Positions 42,056-52,918 of a DNA stretch of 64,000 bases are shown here, in pieces. The notes under the pieces were generated by a model that was not told where the DNA came from, made no database searches, and saw only the letters and a program-made list of their open reading frames with translations. The DNA is from Azolla caroliniana (lineage: Eukaryota; Plantae; Polypodiophyta), in contig JBHGNT010000010.1 of NCBI GenBank assembly GCA_043228905.1, positions 18,786,001 through 18,850,000 of the forward strand, given 5' to 3'. The translations under genes and the position numbers were made by a program. Numbering within the stretch: the first letter of the stretch is position 1; every line of letters begins with the position of its first letter.

Positions 42056-42270
42056 CGTAATTAGCTTACCTTAGTGGTAAGTTGTTACACTACAAGGCTC
42101 ACGCCACTAGTTATGGCTTGGGTTTGAAGACCCAAATTTACTCACTTCTCTATTATATACTTCATATATACATATCTCTTAATTCACTAGATGCAACTAT
42201 GGAATGTAGGTGTTGAACCCATGACCTCATGGTCTCCATTGGGCAACCTTACCAATTGAGCTACATCCAT
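42056..42270 (-). mobile_element. tRNA-derived short element (copy 2, intact, ~215 bp)
   Basis: Minus strand reads ATGGATGTAGCTCAATTGGTAAGG (A box)...GGTCATGGGTTCAACACCTACATTCCA (B box/acceptor-like). It ends with the hairpin CTTACC-ACTAA-GGTAAG. A (GA)n tract lies 12 bp from its 5' end. Confidence 0.78.
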
Positions 42271-42280
42271 CTGGGCATTG

Positions 42281-42326
<46 letters not shown>

Positions 42327-43432
42327 GGTAAAAGCACACAATTATATTAATTGTATGTAAAGTCCACTTAGTTACAACACTTCTTAGTCTCCTCTATGCT
42401 ATCATATGCCTATGTTGGGAGAGGGATGTCCTATAATGCCATTAAAAGAACTTGAACATGCATTTGAGGAAATGATCCCCACATGCTCTAACATCCAAAA
42501 ATTTCACATGAGAATACCATTAAGCTTCTTTATATAGGCTTTCACCCCATGTCTATTATCAAACATGAAAGCATCACACATATTCCAATTGTGTGGTAGT
42601 CCCCAATAGCGTAAAAACTGGAACAATATCTCCATCTCATCATTTGAACCATTTTGAACATATTGAGAAAAAACCCATTGTTGAGATCTCAAACAACGAC
42701 GACATAAAACTTGCCAAATGTTTGATAAGTAGTTCTAAATGGTGCATGCTATAGGACATTTAATGAACCTATGTGTACTATCCTCCAATGGAACGAAGCA
42801 AAAGAAACAAGTGTCGAACCCTAGTCCTCGCCTCTTTAAGGCTGAACCTAATGGGAGCCCACCAATCACGACTCTCCATTTGAATACCTTTGCATGAAAT
42901 TGTAGATGGGAATGCCAACCATGTTCTAATATTTTCCACCACCTTGCATCTGATTTACATACATTCCACAACTTTGCTGCTTTAGGAGGTAGCCAAGATA
43001 ATGATGCCATTGCATGATGATACAATATATTTGTAGTGACCTGTAACAAGCGTGTACCATCTTGTAACCGCCAATCCATCCAAGGTACACCATTTGTTTT
43101 CAATGGCAAATATCCTTACAAAAATGGTATATCTTGTAATTTCTCCCAAATAAATCCATAATTTGGGGGAATATATAACCATCGCGTAACATTGTCAAAT
43201 TCTGACAACCTTTGAGATTCATTATCAACCACATCTTCCAAATGTACAATCCCCAATCGAAATAAATGGTTGAATTGAGTTCTCAACTTCTCTTTCCCAT
43301 GCCAAAACAACATTCGAGAAGAAACAAGAAATTCATTTTGTAATGAATTACTGTCAGGAATATTACTGAGACAGAGAGGGAATTAGTACTAAAAGATGAG
43401 GATTAGTACTAAGAGGGGTGTAGAACTCTTGG

Positions 43433-43480
<48 letters not shown>

Positions 43481-43904
43481 TGTAGCTCAGTTGGTAATGT
43501 TCCCCAATGGAGACTAGGTGGTTGTTAACTCTTCGGGCCGGACAATGGCCTAACACAGGGTGTCTACGGGAGACACTTCACCATAGGGTGTTACAGCAAC
43601 CGGATTAGACTTCAACGCTTAATCTGACTTAATTAAGTTACTTATTAGGATCGTCTTTCATAACACGTGTAAGATATAACAATTAAGACAGAACGATAAT
43701 TAACACAGAGAGATAACAACGCTTAAGCTTTCATTAATTAACCGCTAACTATTACATTGTATCCGGGCCTTTAAATAGGTTTCCGGTCTGTATTACAAAA
43801 CGGTGCCATCCGCACCTGTTCGGGATCGATCCGGATCCGGAACGGCATACCGTTTCCGGTTCGTCCGTCCACACTCATAGCTTAATTACAACCACATTCC
43901 TACT

Positions 43905-46900
43905 ACTTAATTAGCTCTCCGTTCCCCACTCTGGACTCCTTTGCCGGCCGGTAACACATGGCACGCCCGTGGGACAGTACCTTGTACGTCGAATCCACAA
44001 CCGACCCTTGCTATTCTTCGTCCAAAATGTCCAGAATGCTTTGTTCGAGAGGCTCCAATGGTTCATCTGGAAGTGGTTGTTGTTGTTGTTGTTGTTGCTG
44101 CTCTGTTGCAGTCTGTTGTGGCGGCTCCGTTGGTGGTTGCTGCTGCTGCTCCTCCGTTTGTGGCTCTGACACCGATGTCTCCGTCGTTGCTCCCTGCGTC
44201 GTAGTGGTCTCCGGTTGACTGGTTCCCGGCTAGCCCTCAGCCGGCGACGGTTCCTCGTCACTAAGGTTAACCGTTGCTGCTTCCCATACCCAGGACCGCT
44301 CGTAGCTTTCAAACTGGATTTGAGCGTCCAGCCTATCATCGTCCAGCTGAGCTACGAGCTGCCTGACCTGCGCCAGCTGTTCATCTGCCAAGACTTGGAA
44401 GTTGTCGGCCAGCTCGTCCCGTATGGCGGTGAAGTCCTCGGAAGTCAACGTATAACAGTCATCTCCTTCCTTCCGCCGGTTTGCCACATCCGCCCGTAGC
44501 AACTAGAGTTCCGCCGCGTTTTGTGCCCACTTTGTCCACCATTTTACGGAGCTTTCATCAATCAAGTGTTTTGTCTGATTCAGCCATGCCCGGAGGATGG
44601 ACTGAATCCGGCTCGTTCCCGATTGCGATTTGGTTTCCGCCGCTTGTCGTTCCTCCTTCAGTTGTTTGATGATTTTGACATTGTCCTCCGCCTGCGCCTT
44701 ATAATGCGTCAATTGCCTTTGATATGTGCTTTGTAATTTCTGCAATACTGTTGGCGCTCTCTCTTTGTCTTCCTGCTGCTGCCTCTGGAGTTCCATCCGG
44801 ACCTTCTCCGCCTCTTCCAAGCGTCTTGTATTTTCCGCCCGTTCATCGGCGATCGCCGTCGCGGCCCGATCAACTGCCTCTTGGAGCTCGGCCATCCGTT
44901 CTTTATGCTCCGTTTCCAGCCGTTTGTAGTCCCGGTGCAGGTGCTCAAAATCATCCGTCTTTTGCTTGAGCCGTGCGTTGATCTAACGACGGGCCCGGTC
45001 CTCGTGGTCCTTCTGCTGGCGGAGCTCTTCCTTTAGCCGTTCAATCTCTGTTTCTGCCGTTTTCCGCAGCTTGTCCTTTTCCTGTAACACTTTGTCTTTC
45101 TCCTCCTTTAGCCGGTCGTACGCTTGATGGCCTTTCCGGAGGCTCTCCTTTGCCCGACGGAGGTTCTTAGCAGTCTTCTTTAATTCGGCTTCGGCCGCTG
45201 TCTTCAATTCTCGTTCACGGCTCCTTAGCGCTTCTTGTGCGGCAAGTTCCTGTCTCAATTCCGCAAGCTCCTGAGCTTGCGCCGCATCTCTCGCCGGAAC
45301 GGTTTCCGTTGCCGGGGTCTTATTGCTATGTACAGGTCGTTCTGTTTCTTTATTCTGTACACTTACCGGAGTCACCGGTGATTGGATCCGTATTTTGGCC
45401 ATCTCTGTCGTGACCTGATCCAAGTCTTTTTCAAGGCACCGGATTCTGGACCGGGCCGTTTCTAGTTGTTCGGTTGTGACGAGCAACCGTTCGCTTTGTG
45501 CTCTTTCTTCCGCCTCTATATACCCCACTGCTCCGGCTATCTGTTCGCCTATCCACTGGAGCCACAGGCTACCGGTGCCTTGTTGTGCTTGCACGGAGGT
45601 TTGACAGATGGCCTCACTTGTAGAGGGGTGGTCCTGCCTAGTTGCGCCGAGTTGCAGTTCCGTTTCTGCCCGTGGACCACCCTGCTGTCCTGGTTCCCCT
45701 TGCGCCTCTTCTTGGTTGACCAAGGGAGGCTGCCTTGACCTTTCCGGCTCTGGCGGGATGGGACTTCCCGGTGTTGCCGGTGGTGCCGGGGCTTCTGTTT
45801 CCAGTGCCATCTGCACCGGTTCCGGTTCCTTCCTTGGCGTAGGAGTCTCAGTATGGGGAGCCGATGTTCCCTCCGTCTGAGGGTCCGAATGCTTCCCGAC
45901 TGTCTCAACGGTTCTTGCCGACGACCGTCGCTGGAGGTGCTCCGTAGGCTCCTCCTCTATTTCCTCCTCCTGAGCTCCGACATTGAGTTTTGCCACCAAG
46001 GGGTCCAGCCGGCGGATTGTGACCTTTACGGGCCGTGCCTGTGGTTCCTCCTGCGCCTCCGTTGGGCGCTTCCGGCTATCGCTTCCTGCTGCCGCCTGTT
46101 CTGCCTCCGCCGCCTTTCCCTTAATGGCCTTAGAGGCCAACAGTTGTTGCCGTTTGGAAGCCGTCCTTGGGGTGCCGTCCGCCACTCTTCCTCGCTTCTT
46201 GGGCTGGACGGTCTGGATGGGTGGCACAAGCAAGGTGAGCCACTGCGTTACGGCGTGCCATATCCTCCGTCCGTCTCGGCCTTCTTTGCCGTCTTTGCCT
46301 CTGACGATCTCGATCGCCGCACACAACCCGTCTGCGATCAATACCGGCCAATCCACCTTGATCCCTTCATAGGTGGCGATGATCATCCCTGCCCGGTTCT
46401 GCGGCATGACAGGGGGTCTAGGGTACACGTGGCCGTATTCATGGAGCACACGAGCAATTTCGTGGAACAACATATCTCCGCCGCCCTGTGTCCGGTAGCC
46501 CTTGCTGGCTAGAGAGTACTCACCAAAATATCTGATGAGTTGCTCCGGGGTTGGATTGTCGATCGTGAGTATGCCTCCCTCCGGAAGGCCTGTTAATGCT
46601 CGAATCGCCTCTGCCGTTATGACCTCCGTATCGATTTCCTTGATTACTTTGTCGGCTTCTTTGTGTGGCGGTGCTTCCATCATCATCAAGAAGCCCTCGA
46701 GCCCGTGTTGCTTCAGCCATGTCTTGGCAGCTTCCGACAGCGTTTGCGGGTCCATGTCTGTATCGAGGTCGGATGGCGGTGGCGAGGTTGGATGGTGATG
46801 AGAGTGAGGTTGAGAAAGAGAGAGTTCCAAAGGCGGGGGTTCTCTGTGCGCAGGTTCTCGTCTGATGATCTTGCAGCGTCTTGGTGCTTCTGTGCTCCTG

Positions 46901-46977
46901 GGTTCGCGAAAGTAGAGGGTCTCTACGCGCAGTGGTTTTTGTCTGTGCATTCTGGCGCCTTTTTCGAGTGTGTGCAT
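43905..46977 (-). pseudogene. Extra 3' ORF (env-position) of the Athila-like element, ~1000 codons, interrupted by TAG stops
   Basis: ORFs 44983-46977, 44503-44895 and 44230-44502 are in one frame, each ending in TAG. The frame continues through a poly-Q tract and one more TAG into the 3' LTR. Confidence 0.75.
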
Positions 46978-47127
46978 GTTGCGTACTTAAAATAACATTA
47001 TGTCCTGTGGTGGCGCTTTAAATGCCCACTACGTACCTTTTCGCTCCTTGCTCTTTCATCCATTCATTCCTCGCTTTTGCATGATTGTTTTTTTTTTTTT
47101 TTAGTTATTATTATTATTAGTGTGACA

Positions 47128-50100
47128 TCACTTGTCCGTTGGTCCTCTCGGACCCTTACCGGCCTCATTCTCCCCAGTTACCGGCTCGCCTTCTCTGCCG
47201 TCTTGGCGGTTGCCGTTTCCCTCACTGGTGTCGGTCCTTTGCTCAAACGGGTTCTTAGGCATGGGTCCTCTATATGCCTTCAACCGGAATCCGTTGACCC
47301 ATTTGCCTAGCACTTCGCCGGCAAGTGTCCCTAACTGGTAGGACCCATTATACTCCCGTGTTAGCCAATACGGTCCGGTTCATCTAAACCTTAGTTTACC
47401 CGGCATCTTGCCCATCCGTGTTTGGAATACTAACACCGGTTTGCCGATTGTGAACATTTTTTCGTTGCCTTTCCTGTGCTGGTCGACGAATGCTTTCCGT
47501 CGCTGTTGCTCCAATTCTAAATGTAGGATGCTGGCCAACTGTTGTTCCTCGAGCTCACAGAGCGCTGTCAACCTTATTGTCTCCGACTCCTTCTCGTTCA
47601 GCCGTTCTCGTAGCTGGATCCGTAAGCTAGGTACTTGGAATTCTACCGGCATGACCACCTCGAGTCCGAACGCCAACCGGAACGGTGTTGTTCGGATGCT
47701 CGTTTTGTATGCCGTCCGGTATGCCCAAAGCGCGCTATGTAGCTTTGTGTCCCAATCCGTCCGGTTCTTGTTGACGATCTTCCGAAGGATATTCTGGAGC
47801 GTCTTGTTTGTTGATTCCGCTAATCCGTTCGCCTGTGGATAGTAAGGTGTGCTTCGTTTGTGGACCACAACATAGAAGGTCGTTAGGCTTTCCACTACTT
47901 GTCCGAGAAAGTGCCCCCCTTGGTCACTTATCAATTCAATGGGGCATCCGTAACGGCACCAGATGTACTCATATAGAAACTTTGCCGTTGACGCAGCGGT
48001 GTTATCCCGTAAAGCTTTGGCCTCCACCCATTTCGTGCAGTAATCCGTAGCAACGATAACGTACTGATTACCCGTTCTCATTGCCGGTGGCTTGAACGGT
48101 CCTACAAAGTCCAGCCCCCACTTTTGGAATGGCTCGAGTGGTAGTACCGGCTGGTGTGGCATACGAGCCTGCTCCGTTGGCTGGCCCATTCTCTGGCATA
48201 GGTCACATTCTTTTGCGTACCATACCGCATCTCTTAATGTCGTTGGCCACCATAGGCCACTTTGCCATATTTTTCTGGCCGTCGCATCTCCGGCATAGTG
48301 ACCTCCGGCAACTCCGCAGTGGGCTTCCCTCAGTATCAGTTCCTTTTCATCGCTGCGCACCGCTCGTCTCCATATGCCGTCCACGCCCTTGTGGTACAGT
48401 GTGTCTTGCAGTAAGCAGAAATGTCGGCTTTGCACCGCCAGGCGTTTCCGTTCGTCCCGATTCAGCTCTTCCGGAGGCAATCCTGGCTCAGAAATTGGTG
48501 CATATTTGTGAGCCACTTGTCTTCCCGGGTCACCGTCTCATCTGCTGCCGTCTCCGTAGTGACTCGAAACAGCTCCCATCCGGAAACTCATCCAGTACTC
48601 CGTCACCCGTCTCTCCGGACTCCAATCGGCTTAAGTAATCCGCTACGGCATGCTGTATACCGGGTCGGTGGAATATTTCAAACTCGAACTCCTGTAACAA
48701 TAAGGTCCACCGGGCCAATTTGCCGGTGAGTGACGCCTTGGACACCAGGTAAAGGAGTGCCGAATGATCTACATGGAAGGAAAACTTCCTTCCCAATAAA
48801 TTGTGCCGAAACTTTGTCACACTGTAGATCATCCCTAGAGCTTCCCGTTCCGTGGTAGAGTAGTTTCGTTCTGCTTGGGATAGCTTTCGGCTGGCATAGT
48901 ACACTGGCCGGTACCACTTTGGCTCCGTAAGCTGCATAAGTACGCTTCCGATTGTGATGTCGGAGGCGTCCACGAACACGTGAAATTCTTTACTCCAATC
49001 CGTAGGTTGTACTACCGGTGCCTGCGACAATAGTACCTTGAGGGCCTTATACGCCCTATCCTCAGTGTCGGTCCACTGGAATGGTGTCCGATGTACGGCG
49101 GCATGCAACGGTGTAGCCAGGTCGGCCAAGTATCGGAGCATCCGGCTGTGCCACCGGATCTGGCCTAAGAACCGGCTTAATGCCTTTGCCGTTGCCGGCG
49201 CCGATGCTTCTAATATGGCTTTCACTTTGTCCGGGTTGACTGCAATACCTTCTTGGCTCACAATATGTCCTAATAAAGTTCCACTGGACATGCCAAATAC
49301 ACACTTTGCCGGATTCAAGCTTAGCCAGTACGCTCTACACTTTTCTAGACAAAGACGAAGGTGCTGAAAATGGTCCTCCTCCCGGCTATAGTCGGCAAAA
49401 TCGTCAAGGAAAACCTGCATAAAAGCCGGTATATATTCACCAAAGATTTCCATGATGATTCGTTGAAATGTTGCCGGTGCCGTTTTGAGTCCGAACATCA
49501 TCACCACGGCCACAAAGACCCCCCATTCGGTGACGAATGCTGTTTTCTCTTGGTCGTCAGGGTGCATCCAGATCTGATTATACCCGCTGAATCCGTCTAA
49601 AAAGCTATAGACCTCATGGCCGGTGACGGCATCCAACACTCCATCTGTGAACGGAAGTGGAAACGCATCCGTTACCGTAGCCGCATTGAGTTTCCGGTAG
49701 TCCACACAAACTCGAATTTTCCCGTTCTTCTTCGGTACGACTACGATCGGGCTGAGCCATGTCGCTTTCTTTACCGGACGGATAAAGCCAACTCTTAGCA
49801 GTTTGTCGATTTCTTCCTTGACCTTGGCGGCATAATTGGGATTCATCCGGTACCGTCTTTGTGCCACTGGTTTTGCATCCTTGCTCAAGTGCACTTGATG
49901 CTGGTATAACTGAGGGTCGAGTCCTCGCATGTCTTTGTATGACCAGGCGAATACGTCACGAAATTCCGTGAGAAGTGTTATCATCGCCGTTTTGTCTCCG
50001 GACTTCATCTGCTTGGCGATGTGCACCGGTTTTGCTTCGTCCGTGGTGCCTAAATTCACCTCTTCCAGTTGCGATGCTTTTACGCGCTGTGAAACGGCCA

Positions 50101-52918
50101 TTTCCCGTTCCAACGCTTCCTGCGCTTGCCGTAACTCCCGGATTGCGTCTTTATCCGGTTCTGCTTCCGCCTCTTCCGGTTGCGGTAAGTATGGTGCTAC
50201 GGCTTCGGCAATGTCAATTTCGAAGAGGGGTACGATCTTCGGGTTTTCTTGCAGGTATTGAGCTTCTTCTTCGTCCGCTAACCCTTCTAGCATGTTGACG
50301 CATTCCGCATACAACGGTGTACATTCCTTGCCAGTGCTCGTCCTTGGCTGTGTTGGTACCCGTACCTTGGCTTTTCCTCGCCGGAAGGTAATTATATTTT
50401 TTCGCCAATTCTGTTTGATATGTGCCATTTTCAACCATGGCCGCCCCAACAATAGCGGGTATGCGCCTTGTGCCTGTAATTGTACCACTACAGCCGAGAT
50501 GTGAAATGTATGCCCGCCGACGGTGACTTCTAATTTCCGTATTAATCCTGTCGGCCGCACTGAGCTTGTATCGGCCATCCGCAACCAGAATGGACACGGC
50601 TCCCACTCGTGGATTCCTAGGTCATCACATGTCCGGAGGCTTATTACATTTACCCCAGAGCCTCTGTCTATAACTGTGCCGGGGAGTTCTTTCCCTTTTA
50701 CAATGGTAGTGATTACCAGACTGCTGGTGTCTACCACTGTTGGTCCCTCCTCCGGATTCGAGAAGAGTACCGGTGCCGGTGATGGTTCTCCTGCCGTCAT
50801 GGCCGTCTTCAGTCCTTCCGTGAATCTTGGCACGAGTTGTAGGAGTCTTCCTAGTGGTAATGTAACCTGGCATTCTTGCAACGCCTGCCATGTCTCGTTC
50901 TCGGAGTGACTGCCGTCGGCAAGCCTTGCGGTGTTCTCCTTTTGCTGCTGTAAGTCTGTGACATTCTGCTCGTTTGCTTTCTTTACCCATTCCGTTGCTT
51001 GTTTCCGGATGGTCTCCTGTGTCTCCCATTCTTTGGCCATGCCCTTCGACCTTATGGTCACCTGCTGCAGGTCTGCCACCTCAAGGACTACCATATTTAC
51101 CGCCGGTCGTTTTTCATAGCTCTTCACCAGGCATTGGTTACTATAATGGCCTTCCTGTCGGTAGTAGTACCAGTAGGCCTTCCGGGTATTGCTAGATTCG
51201 GCATTGTCTGTTGTACCCGGGGCAGGTCCTACGGTACGCGCGGGGTTTTGTACCGGTTGGCTACTTGGAGCTCCTTGTTCCGGATCTCGGGGGTAGCCGC
51301 CTTTTTTAAAATGCCGTTTTTTGTTATAGCTCTTCTTATTACGGTACTCTTGACGGGGTTGCCCGTTATATCTGCCGTATTCCTCCCGTTGCTGACGATA
51401 TCCGGGGGAGTGCTCCCGGTCGTACTGTTCGTATCGTCTATTGTAATCCTGGTACCGATCATGCCAGTCATAGTTATCCCTCCGATCACCGTACCAGACA
51501 TCATTTTCCCGTCGATCGCCATACCGGACATCATTTTCCCGTCGCTCGCCATACCGGACATCCTGTGCCGGTCGGTCACGGTCCATTCGCTGCCAGCGTT
51601 CGTCTTCTTTATCCCGGCTGCTGCGTGGCTCAATTTGTCAGACGGGCGGTGCTTGCCGATTCAACAGATTATACTCGCACCTATCCGTCGTATGGCTCTT
51701 GGATTGACAGATTACACATTGCGTCCTCGTAGTGCATTCTAGAGCCGAGTGTCCGGAATTCAAGCAGGTTGTGCACTGTATTGCTTGCCGAAACCGGAGG
51801 TCTTCATCGGACGGTAACGCCCGTTGAAGTGCTCCTAGTGTGAGCCAGGAGCTTGTCTTTTCCATCTCTCTCACCCGGTCAATGACCTGGTCGATGGTAC
51901 TTGTGCGGAAGTCGATTACCGTGCAAACCGTGCGTAGGGGTTCTCGGAGCGCGTTTAGGAATATCGTCCGTAATTCCTCCTCCGGGGGCGCGCGGGCAAG
52001 CTGACTATGCATCCGTTGAAACCGGATGACAAATTGGGGAATGCTCTCCCCTGCCTCTTGCCGGATGGTATAAAATAAGCCTACCATTACGGTCTGGTCC
52101 ACCTCCTTTTGAAAAAAATGCAAGAATTTAGCTTTTAAATCTGCAAAGGTGTTGATGGTAGACGGGTCCTGTGTCCGGCGCCATCTTGCTGCCGGTCCCT
52201 CCAATGTGACGCCAAACTCTGCTATCTTAGAGCGTTCTTCTTCCTCCGGTGTCAATCGCTGGGACACATGGTTGGCTTCCCATGTCTGTGCAAAGGCGTG
52301 CACATGAGCTTCGGCGTCCGGATCATCTCTATACTTGGAGTACTGGAACGGCATGTCATCGTCCGGTATCGGTGCGCAGGCTGGTAGTGTTGGTGCTCAT
52401 TCCGGAATTTTCTCCGGTGTCGGTTGTTTCTCTTCCTTTGGTGACGGAGGCCTCTCCTCTTCGGCTTCCGGTGTCGGAGGTCGTTCTTCCTCTGCTGGTT
52501 CCGGGGGTTCCAGCGTTAGCACTTCCGGTTTCGGTTTCGGTGTCGGTAAGGTATCCGATCCTTCGTCCTCCGGTCCGCCCGAGGTTTCGTTGCTGCTACG
52601 GTAGTTCGTGTGCACGCTGTATTCCCCTTCGGAGTCCGATTCATATGTTGAAAAGGCCTCTGCTTCGCCTTCTCCATTTGCCAACGCGTGGAGAAGGGAT
52701 TCGGTTTCCCGGAGGCTGCTTAGGCTGCTGCCGTCGTCCGGGTGCGATGTTTGCTGTAACCAGAGGGAGTCCTCCGCTACTCTCCGGATTACGTTGGAAA
52801 ACGAGCGATCCGCTCTAATTTCCTGCGCCGCTTGCTGGAAAGCCTCACGTCTCCTTTGCCTTTCGGCAAGGCGTCGAGTTCGATCTGTAACCAGGTCGTG
52901 CGTTGATCTAGACATCCA
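47128..52918 (-). pseudogene. gag-pol of the Athila-like element (gag, Zn knuckles, PR, RT, RNase H, INT)
   Basis: ORFs 52397-53002, 51638-52354 and 48530-51586 share one frame, separated by TGA stops. RT has VCVDYRKLN/FPLPF/FLDDF; RNase H has VDAS/NYSTTERE. A frameshift near 48570 precedes INT (HCGVAGGH, GLDFVGP, SDQG, QANGLAE), which continues in frame to 47128. Confidence 0.92.

Noticed and set aside
42195-42270. Functional tRNA gene
   Set aside because: The anticodon arm does not pair convincingly, the copies differ from each other, and it is part of a longer dispersed repeat.
45466-52818. Numerous plus-strand ORFs within the Athila-like element
   Set aside because: Antisense shadows of GC-rich coding sequence with no recognisable motifs.
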